A stretch of 64,000 nucleotides of DNA from Bacteroidales bacterium (lineage in GTDB: Bacteria; Bacteroidota; Bacteroidia; Bacteroidales; VadinHA17): contig DATALC010000096.1 in NCBI GenBank assembly GCA_036261265.1, positions 2,590 through 66,589 on the forward strand. The letters run 5' to 3'. The notes beneath the pieces are model-generated. The model did no database searches, was not told the DNA's origin, and saw only the letters and a program-made list of their open reading frames with translations. Below, in pieces: positions 1 to 8,979 of this stretch (position 1 is the stretch's first letter; each line of letters starts with the position of its first letter). The position numbers and the translations under genes are program-made.

Positions 1-722
1 CAGTAACATCACAAATCAATGTGACATGTCTTGGCGCCGGGAATGGTACTGTAACTGTGGCAGGGTCAGGAGGAATCGGCCCTTATCAATACAGGATTGA
101 TGGTGCGACATTCCAGGCAGGTGGTTCTTTCAGTAGTCTTTTACCTGGAAATCATGTTGTAACTATTCGTGATGTGAACCTTTGTTCAACCGAAGTCAGT
201 ATTTCAATTACAGAACCTGATGCACTTGTTGTTACTGCATCTGCTACAGATGTTTTATGTCCGGATGATCTGAAGGGAACAATAAATCTGACTATCACAG
301 GTGGAACTCAGCCATACAATACCTACTGGTCAGATGGTGTTACAGGAGCCGGAAGAACAAATGTGAAAGATGGTGAATACCATGCCGTTGTAACTGATCT
401 GAACGGTTGTGCTGCCTCGGTTGATGCAACTATTGGGGTAATAGGTTCAGCTGAGTGTCTCCAGATACCTGAAATAATCACACCTAACGGAGATGGATTC
501 AACGACACCTGGAAGATCCGGAATATCGATATTTTCCCGGATGCAGAGGTAATGGTTTATAACCGGTGGGGCAAGAAAGTGTATGAATCCCGTAACCTGC
601 TTGCTTCTCCATGGGATGGAACTATGAAGGGAAAGGTGCTCCCGACGGACTCTTACCATTATATTCTCGATTTGCATGATGGTTCGAAACCAAGATCAGG
701 AGTTATAAGTATTATTAAGTAA
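1..722 (+). CDS. Large cell-surface protein, C-terminal part (5' truncated by the window edge), with SprB-type repeats and a T9SS type B (gliding-motility-associated) C-terminal sorting domain
   Basis: The frame is open from base 3, so the GTG at 21 is not a real start. Repeats such as NVTCxGxxNGTVTV..GGxxPYQY are present. The C-terminus reads IPEIITPNGDGFNDTWKI..VYNRWGKKVY..WDGT..LPTDSYHYIL, typical of the type B CTD. Confidence 0.8.
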   Translation, partial: VTSQINVTCLGAGNGTVTVAGSGGIGPYQYRIDGATFQAGGSFSSLLPGNHVVTIRDVNLCSTEVSISITEPDALVVTASATDVLCPDDLKGTINLTITGGTQPYNTYWSDGVTGAGRTNVKDGEYHAVVTDLNGCAASVDATIGVIGSAECLQIPEIITPNGDGFNDTWKIRNIDIFPDAEVMVYNRWGKKVYESRNLLASPWDGTMKGKVLPTDSYHYILDLHDGSKPRSGVISIIK

Positions 723-744
723 CTTGCATTGAAGACAAGATAGT

Positions 745-1743
745 ATGAGATATCTAAGGAAGTATTTATCAGCGGCAATCATAAGTTTTGTTTCCGCCGC
801 AGTATTTTCTCAACAGGTTCCGATGTACAGCCAGTACATTATGAATGGCTTTCTTGTAAATCCTTCATTTGCAGGAAGGGATGGTTACACTTCGATCAAC
901 CTGACTGTACGGGAACAATGGGTTGGCATGGAAGGAGCCCCTGGTACTTTCGCCGCCAGCTTTCAAACCAGAATTCTCAGGAATAGTTACATCTCAAAGT
1001 CAACTGCTGTAAAGAAGAAGATCCTTAAACCGACACGTGGTTCAAGAGTAGGGTTAGGCGGGTATGTATTCAATGATCAGAACGGAGCGATGCGAAGGAC
1101 GGGTTTTCAGGCGGCTTATGCTTACCACATTCCAATGGGACTGACAAATGGTTATCCAAATGATCTCGCATTTGGATTATCTCTTTCTGCCTACCAGTTT
1201 GCTGTAAATACTGACGGGGTTATCTATGACCCTGATGACCCTTTCCTGAATACGTATGATAGAAGAGTATTTATTCCTGATTTTAATTTCGGGGCAAGCT
1301 TTACTACTGCAAAGTATTATGCAGGCGTAGCTATGACAAACCTTTTCAGAGGAACTCTTTTCTTCGCTGATTCAACAAATACTCGTACCGAGCTTGGCTA
1401 CTTCTTTCTGACAGGAGGTATGAAGTTTCCTCTCACAGCCGATTGGACTATTGAACCTTCAGGGTATATAAGAGCTTCTGATATGCTGTTTAAATCAGCC
1501 CAGATGGACCTTACTGCCAGAGTATTTTACAAACAGGATTACTGGGCCGGATTATCATTCAGAACCGCAAATGCAATAATTTTAATGGGCGGATTGAAGT
1601 ATGACAGATTCTATCTGGCTTATGCAAGCGATTTTGCTCTCACATCGATCCGTAAAGTTCATACAATGGGTACCCATGAAATAACACTGGCTGTTAAGTT
1701 TGGTGAAAGCGCCCGACGATACAGATGGATAACTCCATTCTGA
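745..1743 (+). CDS. PorP/SprF family type IX secretion system membrane protein
   Basis: It has a signal peptide followed by QQVPMYSQYIMNGFLVNPSFAG..REQWVG, the hallmark PorP/SprF N-terminus. It lies 22 nt downstream of a type B CTD gene, which is the usual pairing. Confidence 0.85.
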   Translation: MRYLRKYLSAAIISFVSAAVFSQQVPMYSQYIMNGFLVNPSFAGRDGYTSINLTVREQWVGMEGAPGTFAASFQTRILRNSYISKSTAVKKKILKPTRGSRVGLGGYVFNDQNGAMRRTGFQAAYAYHIPMGLTNGYPNDLAFGLSLSAYQFAVNTDGVIYDPDDPFLNTYDRRVFIPDFNFGASFTTAKYYAGVAMTNLFRGTLFFADSTNTRTELGYFFLTGGMKFPLTADWTIEPSGYIRASDMLFKSAQMDLTARVFYKQDYWAGLSFRTANAIILMGGLKYDRFYLAYASDFALTSIRKVHTMGTHEITLAVKFGESARRYRWITPF

Positions 1744-1753
1744 TTTAGCTTTT

Positions 1754-1806
1754 ATGAATTAACCTTCATGCACTATCTATGTGCATGAAGGTTAATTCAT
1801 TTTTGA
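1754..1806 (+). terminator. Intrinsic terminator after the PorP/SprF gene
   Basis: Perfect 20-bp stem (1754-1773 atgaattaaccttcatgcac pairs with 1781-1800 gtgcatgaaggttaattcat), 7-nt loop, followed by ttttg. Confidence 0.7.
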
Positions 1807-1810
1807 GGAT

Positions 1811-2821
1811 ATGAGACAAACTCTGATTTCAATATTATTTATCTGCTTCTCCATATTCAGTAAGTGTCAGGATAATAATATACGATTAATGTTCTGGAAT
1901 GTTGAGAATGCTTTCGATATTTATGATGATCCCGAATCAAATGACAATGATTTTCTTCCCGACGGGCTCATGAGATGGAACTCGACACGCTATTGGAAGA
2001 AAATCAATGATATCTATAAAACAATAATCGCTGCCGGTGAATGGATGCCTCCGGAGATTATCGGGTTCTGCGAAATCGAAAACAGGAAGGTACTTGAAGA
2101 TATCATCAATAAAACTAATCTGTCAAGATATGATTACGAAATAATACACGAGGATTCTCCTGATGAAAGAGGTATTGATGTGTGTATGATATACCGGAAA
2201 GATAAACTCAGGTTAATAGGCTATAGGTATTTTTTACCAATAGGTTTTAACCACCAGGAACTGCATACCAGGGCAGTATTGTATGCATGCCTTGAAGCCG
2301 GGAGAGATACTATTCACATCATATTAAATCATTGGCCTTCGAAAAGAGGAGGTATGCTGGCATCACAGGATTTAAGGATGAGTATTGCCGGAATAGTAAA
2401 CAGTCAGACAGATTCATTATTGAATTCTGAAAGAAAAATGGCAAAGATACTTATCGCGGGTGATTTCAATTGCGGCCCGGATGATGAAGAAATGAAAATG
2501 CTTATGTCATCTGCGAAACAATCAAGGCTTGTTAATCTTACATCAGCAATTTCTGGATATAATGAAGGAACATACCGTTTCCAGGGAACATGGGAAATGA
2601 TAGACCAGGTTGTGGCCTCACGGTTTTTTTTATCATGCGGGGAAGGATATTATGTAAATAATGAATCAGTAAGAATATTCAATCCCGCATTTCTTTTAAC
2701 GAAAGATCCTAATTATCCAGGGAATATGCCCTTTTCAATGTATCGTGGAAGGCGATATCAGGGAGGGATCAGTGATCATCTTCCTGTTCTTGTTGATTTA
2801 TATTTTCATCCTTGGAACTGA
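1811..2821 (+). CDS. Endonuclease/exonuclease/phosphatase (EEP) family protein, secreted
   Basis: Signal peptide. Motifs LMFWNVENAF, GFCEIEN, GDFNCGPDD and a C-terminal GGISDHLPV match the EEP fold. Confidence 0.75.
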   Translation: MRQTLISILFICFSIFSKCQDNNIRLMFWNVENAFDIYDDPESNDNDFLPDGLMRWNSTRYWKKINDIYKTIIAAGEWMPPEIIGFCEIENRKVLEDIINKTNLSRYDYEIIHEDSPDERGIDVCMIYRKDKLRLIGYRYFLPIGFNHQELHTRAVLYACLEAGRDTIHIILNHWPSKRGGMLASQDLRMSIAGIVNSQTDSLLNSERKMAKILIAGDFNCGPDDEEMKMLMSSAKQSRLVNLTSAISGYNEGTYRFQGTWEMIDQVVASRFFLSCGEGYYVNNESVRIFNPAFLLTKDPNYPGNMPFSMYRGRRYQGGISDHLPVLVDLYFHPWN

Positions 2822-4229
2822 GAGCCTTCAGGCCCAGTTCGGCTCCTTTTGTCAGCATAAGTTTCCTGGCTTCATCATATTCATTCCTGATTACACCATC
2901 AAGTATAGCTTCACGTATTGCATTTTTTATTTCACCAACCGCTTTCCCCGGCTTTATGCCGAATGTCCTTATTATCTCATCACCATCAACGGGAGGTTGA
3001 AAATTCCTGACAGCGTCTTTTTCCTCTATTTCCCTTAGCTTAGTCCTTACAAGCCTGAAATTCTCAAGATGCTTTGTTTTCTTCGCTTCATTTTTTGATG
3101 TGATATCCGCCTCGCAAAGCAACATCAGATCATCTATGTCATTCCCTGCTTCAAATAAAAGTCTTCTTACTGCCGAGTCAGTTACGATTTCCTGCGATAA
3201 TACAATAGGTCGCAGGTGCAGGTCTATAAGCTTCTGCACATATTTCATCCTGTCATTAAGTGGAAGCCGCAATCTTTTAAAAATATCGGGTATCATTTTG
3301 GCGCCAATGTATTCATGCCCGTGAAACGACCATCCCGTTTCAGGCAGGTATTTTTTTGTTGCCGGTTTGGCAATGTCATGCAAAAGAGCGGCCCATCTTA
3401 GCCAGAGATTATCTGATTTTCTGCTGATGTTATCAAGAACTTTAATTGAATGGAGAAAGTTGTCTTTATGTCCTTTCCCTTCTTTTGTTTCTACACCTTT
3501 CAAATTCTCGAGTTCCGGCAGTATAAGCTTAAGCAAGCCTGATTTTTCCAACAATAAAAATCCCTTTGAAGGATGGTCACTAAGTATTATCTTGTTAAGC
3601 TCAGCAACTATTCTTTCCTGCGATACTATTTTAATACGTTCGGAATTACTTCTGATTGACCGGAATGTTCCGTTCTCAATTGTAAAGTTCAGCTGGGCTG
3701 CAAATCTTATTGCCCTCATCATCCTCAGAGGATCGTCTGAGAATGTTTTATCGGGATCGAGTGGAGTTCGTATTATCTTATTATTGAGATCTTCAACTCC
3801 ATTAAAAGGATCGAGCAATGTGCCAAATGATAATTCATTCAGGCTTAATGCAAGAGCGTTTATTGTAAAATCTCTTCGATCCTGGTCATCTTTCAAAGTT
3901 CCATTCTCAACAACTGGCTTCCTCGATTCCCTGTTATATGATTCTTTCCTTGCACCAACAAATTCTACATCAAAGTCATCATATCTGAACATGGCAGTAC
4001 CGAAATTCCTGAACGTGCATACTCTGATTTTAGGATCAATGCTCCTTGCAATTTTCCTTGCCGCTTCGATACCATTTCCTATTACTACTATGTCGATATC
4101 TTTATCTGAATGATTTCTTTTAAGAAGGCAGTCTCTTACCCATCCTCCAATAACATAAGTTTCAATATTTAAAGCTGAAACAGATCGGCTGATTAATTCA
4201 AATATATTGTCGGAAAGGCATTTAATCAT
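2769..4229 (-). CDS. CCA-adding tRNA nucleotidyltransferase / poly(A) polymerase-head protein with HD domain
   Basis: Contains GGWVRDCLL..DIDIVV (nucleotidyltransferase head), RRDFTINAL and an HD region (LLHDIAKP). The ORF track starts at a TTG (4253). I prefer the ATG at 4229 because a TAACTTTG -7 box overlaps the TTG. Confidence 0.8.
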   Translation of the reverse strand: MIKCLSDNIFELISRSVSALNIETYVIGGWVRDCLLKRNHSDKDIDIVVIGNGIEAARKIARSIDPKIRVCTFRNFGTAMFRYDDFDVEFVGARKESYNRESRKPVVENGTLKDDQDRRDFTINALALSLNELSFGTLLDPFNGVEDLNNKIIRTPLDPDKTFSDDPLRMMRAIRFAAQLNFTIENGTFRSIRSNSERIKIVSQERIVAELNKIILSDHPSKGFLLLEKSGLLKLILPELENLKGVETKEGKGHKDNFLHSIKVLDNISRKSDNLWLRWAALLHDIAKPATKKYLPETGWSFHGHEYIGAKMIPDIFKRLRLPLNDRMKYVQKLIDLHLRPIVLSQEIVTDSAVRRLLFEAGNDIDDLMLLCEADITSKNEAKKTKHLENFRLVRTKLREIEEKDAVRNFQPPVDGDEIIRTFGIKPGKAVGEIKNAIREAILDGVIRNEYDEARKLMLTKGAELGLKALSSKDENINQQEQEDDH

Positions 4230-4250
4230 CAGGTCTTTTTTTTGGAGTGA

Positions 4251-4258
4251 CAAAGTTA
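4251..4258 (-). promoter_or_regulatory. Bacteroidota -7 box (TAnnTTTG) for the CCA-enzyme gene
   Basis: Minus strand reads TAACTTTG, 22 nt upstream of the ATG at 4229. Confidence 0.35.
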
Positions 4259-4348
4259 CAATTTACTTAATATCCTTTTCCTTATCTATGTTCAAATTGA
4301 AGTCATTTTAAACATTAATTAAATAAGACTGTTTATAATGAAAAAACA

Positions 4349-4708
4349 ATGGTAGAACAACTGACAAAGGAATCGTTTCTGAACAAGATATTTGATTACG
4401 AAAAAAAATCTGAATGGGAGTTTCAGGGTAAAAAACCATGCATAATTGATTTTTATGCTGAATGGTGTGGTCCATGCAAGATGGTATCTCCTGTCCTCGA
4501 AGAACTGGCCAGCGATTATAGCGGGAAGCTTGATGTTTATAAGATTGACACAGAAGCTGAACTTGAGCTTGCTTCAGCTTTTGGAATAAGGAGCATTCCT
4601 TCCTTCCTGTTTGTTCCCGTAAAAGGGCAGCCGCAGATGGCAATGGGAGCATTGCCAAAAGAAGTTTTCATACAAGCCTTCAAAGATGTTTTTGGTGTAG
4701 AAAAATAG
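4349..4708 (+). CDS. Thioredoxin family protein
   Basis: WCGPC active-site motif in a thioredoxin-length protein (119 aa). Confidence 0.85.
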   Translation: MVEQLTKESFLNKIFDYEKKSEWEFQGKKPCIIDFYAEWCGPCKMVSPVLEELASDYSGKLDVYKIDTEAELELASAFGIRSIPSFLFVPVKGQPQMAMGALPKEVFIQAFKDVFGVEK

Positions 4709-4855
4709 TTAATTCGTCAAAATGAGGTGCAAAAAACCGGAAATGGTAATTAAAATTGAAACAAAACCAAATATTTTACCGTTTAAATAATCAGAAGGTA
4801 GTAACTAATAGTTACAGATTTTTTTTCATGGATTTAGGTTTAGGGTAGTAAAGGA

Positions 4856-4890
4856 GTAGATCAGGACTTCGGTCCTGATTTACTTTTTTA
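4856..4890. terminator. Hairpin plus T-run between the convergent thioredoxin and xseB genes
   Basis: gtagatcaggac / ttcg loop / gtcctgatttac (12 bp with one G-U) followed by tttttt. It overlaps the xseB stop codon. Confidence 0.5.
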
Positions 4891-5085
4891 TTCCAAATCC
4901 CTGAAGATGCTGTTTATCTCTTCCTCAGTAGTTTTAAGCTTCTTCTGGCATTGTCTTATCAGCTCAGTAGCAGTTTTAACCTCAGATGTAAGCCTGTCAA
5001 TGTCAAGATCCCCATTCTCTATGTTCTTAATAATCTCTTCAATCCTTGACATTGCTTCATTAAAGGAGAATTCTTTTTTATTCAT
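4888..5085 (-). CDS. xseB: Exodeoxyribonuclease VII small subunit
   Basis: 65 aa. FNEAMSRIEEII..LENGDLDID-type helical hairpin sequence, directly downstream of xseA. Confidence 0.85.
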   Translation of the reverse strand: MNKKEFSFNEAMSRIEEIIKNIENGDLDIDRLTSEVKTATELIRQCQKKLKTTEEEINSIFRDLE

Positions 5086-5130
5086 CTTTTTATAATAATT
5101 GGTGTTTCATTTCCCGTTCTTGCTTTTGTC

Positions 5131-6498
5131 TTACATGATTTTGCTTCTGATCTGCCCGTCAACGAATCTCGTATCAATTATATCGCCTGCATTAAGGTTT
5201 TCTTTTGATTTATGAATAACTCCGTCAAGGTATGTTATCGTATACCCTCTTTTCAGAACATTGGCAGGGTCAAGCAACTCTATACTTTTTTCAAATGTTG
5301 CCAGATCATTTTTCCTGCGGGAGATAACATTCCCGCATACTGGTCTCATGGCAGTATCAGACTTTTCAAGAGTAGATTGCATTGAATCAATGTAATATCT
5401 TGATGCAACAGAAAGTTTCGATAAATGACCTGAAGGAATAAGGCTTGCTTTTCTCAGGAATTCATTACCGAAATTTACAAGTCTCATACTCTTCCCGGCC
5501 AGACCATTCCTGATTGAAGAAAGCAATATTCTTGAAAGAGGAAACAGTCTTGTACGTGAACTATCAAGCATTTTTCCATATTCTTCAAGTTCCTTTTTTG
5601 CAATATCCCGGATATTCGTATGCATCTCTTCAAGCCTGGCATCGATCAATGCAGTTTGATTAATAATAAGGTCAGCTACTGCTGTGGGAGTTTTAAGCGA
5701 AGCACATGCCACCATGTCAGTTACCGATATATCCTTCTCATGTCCGATGCCTGTAAGTACGGGTAAAGGGAATTGTGTAATATGAAATGCTATATTGTAA
5801 TTATCAAACCAGCTAAGGTCGACCTGGGAGCCTCCCCCTCTGATTATTACAACCACATCAAACAGATCATGATGAACAGATATTCTGTCGAGAGCATCTA
5901 TTATTCCTTTCTCGGTTTCTGCACCCTGAACAGGACTTTCGAACAGGCAGGTATAATATACGAAACCTGATTCATTGTTAACCAAATGATTAATAAAATC
6001 GGTATATCCTGCTGCTGATGACGATGATATTACTGCAATTTTCCTGATTAATGCCGGAAGTCCAAGATCCTTGTTCATTGAAAAAACGCCTTCTTGTTCG
6101 AGCTGCCTGATTATGCGCTGCCTTTTCAGGGCAAACTCTCCGGTTGTAAATGCAGGATCAATATCGCAGATTATAAGACTGAGTCCATACAGCTCATGAT
6201 ATTCAACCTTTACTTTTACAAGTATCCTGATACCTTCCCTGAGCGACTCCCCGGTAGAGCTTTCAAATAAGGATTTGAGGAATGTGTATCTTTTGCACCA
6301 GATTATAGCTTTAATCCTTGCCCTTATGTTATCATTTCCCTGCTTTTCAATTAATTCAAGATAACAGTGCCCCGAATAGTTTTCCTTGATTTCAGAAATC
6401 TCTCCGATTACCCAGTACATTTCCGGAAGAGAAATATAGAGTGAATCCCTTATCAGAAGCTGTAATTCGGTGAGAGTCATTCTTTCAGCCATCTTCAT
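5131..6498 (-). CDS. xseA: Exodeoxyribonuclease VII large subunit
   Basis: N-terminal OB-fold (WVIGEISE..SGHCYLEL), central IIRGGGS..DL..FN and GIGHE.D motifs. Confidence 0.9.
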   Translation of the reverse strand: MKMAERMTLTELQLLIRDSLYISLPEMYWVIGEISEIKENYSGHCYLELIEKQGNDNIRARIKAIIWCKRYTFLKSLFESSTGESLREGIRILVKVKVEYHELYGLSLIICDIDPAFTTGEFALKRQRIIRQLEQEGVFSMNKDLGLPALIRKIAVISSSSAAGYTDFINHLVNNESGFVYYTCLFESPVQGAETEKGIIDALDRISVHHDLFDVVVIIRGGGSQVDLSWFDNYNIAFHITQFPLPVLTGIGHEKDISVTDMVACASLKTPTAVADLIINQTALIDARLEEMHTNIRDIAKKELEEYGKMLDSSRTRLFPLSRILLSSIRNGLAGKSMRLVNFGNEFLRKASLIPSGHLSKLSVASRYYIDSMQSTLEKSDTAMRPVCGNVISRRKNDLATFEKSIELLDPANVLKRGYTITYLDGVIHKSKENLNAGDIIDTRFVDGQIRSKIM

Positions 6499-8126
6499 TC
6501 TCTGAGTTTTATGATTTTTCCTATACTTGTACCATTGCTTCCATTAATCTTAATAAGATACAGGCCCTGCTCATGTTTTTGAAGAACATCAAGATGCAAT
6601 ATCCTTGAAACGACTGTTAAACTATTGCTGTAGATCAGCTTTCCTGTTGTTGATAATATTTTAATTTCAACTGGTCCGGGAGAATTTCCGAAGACAATAT
6701 CGAAAGGCCCTGTTGTAGGATTTGGCCTGATAAGAATCTCTTCAGGGACTAATACATATTTATCCCGGAGCTTTTGTAAAGCAATTGACATATCCGGTAT
6801 GCCATAACCATAAAGTGAGTCGGGAGTATTGAACCTGTCTGATCCCTCGTTCAGGGCAGTTATAATATCGAAGGGTGTTGCTTCCGGGACTGCCTGTAAA
6901 AGGCAGGCTGACATTCCGCTTATAACCGGACATGAAAATGAAGTGCCGCTTCCTCTTGTTACGTACCCCAGGGCGGTTTGAAGAGGAACAAGCACGCCCA
7001 TCGCTGAGACATCAGGTTTTATTCTTCTGTCTGAGGACGGACCTGAGGAAGAAAAACCAGAAATCAGCTCGTTTTCATCGACCGCTCCTACTGCAAGTAC
7101 ACTATCGCCATCGGACGGGAATATTATTTTCTGCCAGTAATTATCACGTTCATTTCCGGCGCTGTTTACAACAAGTATACCCTTCGATGCGGCAATGTCG
7201 GCTGCGATTGTAACGATTGCTGTATTACCGTTAAGATCGATATGCTTGTAATCCATCGATGGATCGTCAAAATTGTAATATCCTAATGAAGATGAAATTA
7301 TATCGGCTCCGGCGCTGTCAGCATATTCAGCGCCTGCTGCCCAGAAATCTTCTTCACAGGGGAATTCTGATGAGACATCCTCTGTTTTTAATAAAATATA
7401 GTTTGCTGAAGGGGCTGTTCCTGCGATTTTACCGGACAGATTTCCGGCGAGGATCGATAAAACAGCAGTACCGTGAGTGTTTGCATTATACACATCAGTG
7501 CTGTTGTTTACAAAGTCGTAAGTTGCTATTATACCTTTCCTTGTTCGAAGATTGCTCAGTGATTCTATCCTGTCTGCTGAAGAAAAGCCGCCGTCAAGCA
7601 CTGCTATCAGAACATTCTCGCCCCTGAACCCGTGATCATGCAGTGCATATCCATTCAGCATTGTTATTGGTTTGTCAAATGGAGCTTGTCCAGGTATCGA
7701 AGTATTTATAACAAGTTTATCGGGAAAGAGACTCTTCTTACCTGGGGTTTTTACGAGGCGGGTACCAGCTACATAGGGAAGATTGTTCAGAATACTGACG
7801 GAATTGTGATCTGTACTCCCGAACAGGGCGGTGTTGAGCCACCTGGAGGTGCAATGGAGCTTTAACCCCATCGCTTTAATGTTATTTATATATTGACTGT
7901 TTACAGGGAAATCTCTGTAATCGACATCTGTAATTCCTGCCTTTTCGCGTCTTAAGATAGCGCGGGAAGAGAACAGCTCCGACGCATTATAACTTCCTGT
8001 TTCGCCTTTGTCTTTAAAATAGACCCTGATAAAAAAGAGTTCCTGTCCTGATACTGCAGTTACAGTAAATTGCAGGAGAAGGATTAGTAAAGGAATGCGT
8101 GACGAGAGAAACAATCTTTTTACCAC
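6495..8126 (-). CDS. S8 (subtilisin) family serine peptidase with T9SS type A C-terminal sorting domain
   Basis: Catalytic-triad motifs IAVLDGGF, HGTAVLS and SGTSFSCP are present. It has a signal peptide, an I9-like propeptide, and a C-terminal ~80-aa beta-sandwich ending GLYLIKING...IIKL. GTG start. It overlaps the xseA start by 4 nt. Confidence 0.85.
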   Translation of the reverse strand: MVKRLFLSSRIPLLILLLQFTVTAVSGQELFFIRVYFKDKGETGSYNASELFSSRAILRREKAGITDVDYRDFPVNSQYINNIKAMGLKLHCTSRWLNTALFGSTDHNSVSILNNLPYVAGTRLVKTPGKKSLFPDKLVINTSIPGQAPFDKPITMLNGYALHDHGFRGENVLIAVLDGGFSSADRIESLSNLRTRKGIIATYDFVNNSTDVYNANTHGTAVLSILAGNLSGKIAGTAPSANYILLKTEDVSSEFPCEEDFWAAGAEYADSAGADIISSSLGYYNFDDPSMDYKHIDLNGNTAIVTIAADIAASKGILVVNSAGNERDNYWQKIIFPSDGDSVLAVGAVDENELISGFSSSGPSSDRRIKPDVSAMGVLVPLQTALGYVTRGSGTSFSCPVISGMSACLLQAVPEATPFDIITALNEGSDRFNTPDSLYGYGIPDMSIALQKLRDKYVLVPEEILIRPNPTTGPFDIVFGNSPGPVEIKILSTTGKLIYSNSLTVVSRILHLDVLQKHEQGLYLIKINGSNGTSIGKIIKLRE

Positions 8127-8899
8127 ATCTCACCAGTTTGTTCAGGATCAGGAATGGAGCCTTTTTCCTTTTCAAGTGCATTAATATATTCAGATGCATC
8201 CGAATCCATCCCGGAATTGTCAGGTTTTCCATTCACATAATTAATCCTGTATTTTTCAGAACCGTCTTCATTGTAGATGATCCACAGACCTTGCCTTATA
8301 TCATTTTTATAAACACCTGAGTACATCTTATTCCCATCTTCATACCATGCTTCAAACAAACCGTCAAGCTTGCCGGCTGAGTACAGGGATTTTGTATATT
8401 TTGCTCCACTGTTGTAAAATTGTTCGCGATCTCCGTTCTTCTCATCATTCTTGTACATCGTGCGATCACCAATGGCGCTGTCAGGGTAAAAACTAAGGGA
8501 TAAACCATCTCTTTTATCATCTTTGAAGTTCTGTTCATACATCAGGTAGCTTTCATTCTGATCAGGGAAGAATTGCCAGTTGCCTTCTTTTTTCTGATCT
8601 ATGTACCTGCCTTTTGAAGCAATCCTTCCGCTGGGAAAGTATAAAGTTGCATCTGTTTGACGGCCATTATCGCTGAATACCTGGATTGATTTTAATACTC
8701 CTGTTTCATAGTATCTTTTGAATTCTCCGACAGGATGACCGTCCCTGAAAGTTCCATCGTACATTTTTGAACCATTCGGATAATTCTTTACCCACATTCC
8801 CTGTTTCAGACCGGCCTGGTCAGTCCTGTTAATCTGTGAGCTTACGTTAATGCTAAAAGCAAGAAACAAAATAGCCGGAATATATTTTTTTAGGTTCAT
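8120..8899 (-). CDS. MORN-variant repeat protein (YwqK-like family), secreted
   Basis: Signal peptide plus repeated G.W..YY.NG...G.Y..G...G modules. Confidence 0.7.
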   Translation of the reverse strand: MNLKKYIPAILFLAFSINVSSQINRTDQAGLKQGMWVKNYPNGSKMYDGTFRDGHPVGEFKRYYETGVLKSIQVFSDNGRQTDATLYFPSGRIASKGRYIDQKKEGNWQFFPDQNESYLMYEQNFKDDKRDGLSLSFYPDSAIGDRTMYKNDEKNGDREQFYNSGAKYTKSLYSAGKLDGLFEAWYEDGNKMYSGVYKNDIRQGLWIIYNEDGSEKYRINYVNGKPDNSGMDSDASEYINALEKEKGSIPDPEQTGEMW

Positions 8900-8916
8900 T
8901 TCACGAAATTATGAAG

Positions 8917-8924
8917 CAAAACTA
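8917..8924 (-). promoter_or_regulatory. -7 box (TAnnTTTG) for the MORN/S8/xseAB gene string
   Basis: Minus strand reads TAGTTTTG, 18 nt upstream of the ATG at 8899. Confidence 0.35.
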
Positions 8925-8925
8925 C

Positions 8926-8958
8926 AAAAAAAGAGGTGGATTTCTCCACCCTCTTTTT
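8926..8958. terminator. Bidirectional intrinsic terminator downstream of dnaK
   Basis: agaggtgga / tttc / tccaccctct stem with one bulge, flanked by an A-run upstream and a T-run downstream. It lies 21 nt after the dnaK stop. Confidence 0.6.
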
Positions 8959-8979
8959 ATAATATTAACAACTAATGTA

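Noticed and set aside
3367-4113. 248-aa ORF on the + strand, plus similar long shadow ORFs at 9557-10003, 21724-22317, 34281-34721 and 36591-37190
   Set aside because: Each lies entirely antisense to a gene with strong family motifs (CCA enzyme, dnaK, tldD/pmbA, HD protein, ADH). Their translations are low-complexity (rich in S, L, F and I) with no recognisable motifs. They are typical antisense-frame artefacts.
4709-4855. Possible small gene or sRNA in the 179-bp gap after the thioredoxin gene (22-codon ORF at 4723; gtaac/gttac hairpin at 4801-4815 followed by a T-run)
   Set aside because: The ORF is too short and has no supporting signal. The hairpin has only a 5-bp stem. The stronger hairpin at 4856-4890 already explains termination.
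8120-8899. A toxin-antitoxin module, suggested by the YwqK-family name often given to MORN-variant repeat proteins
   Set aside because: The protein has a signal peptide, and no toxin-like partner flanks it. The neighbours are dnaK and an S8 protease. It is treated as an ordinary secreted repeat protein.
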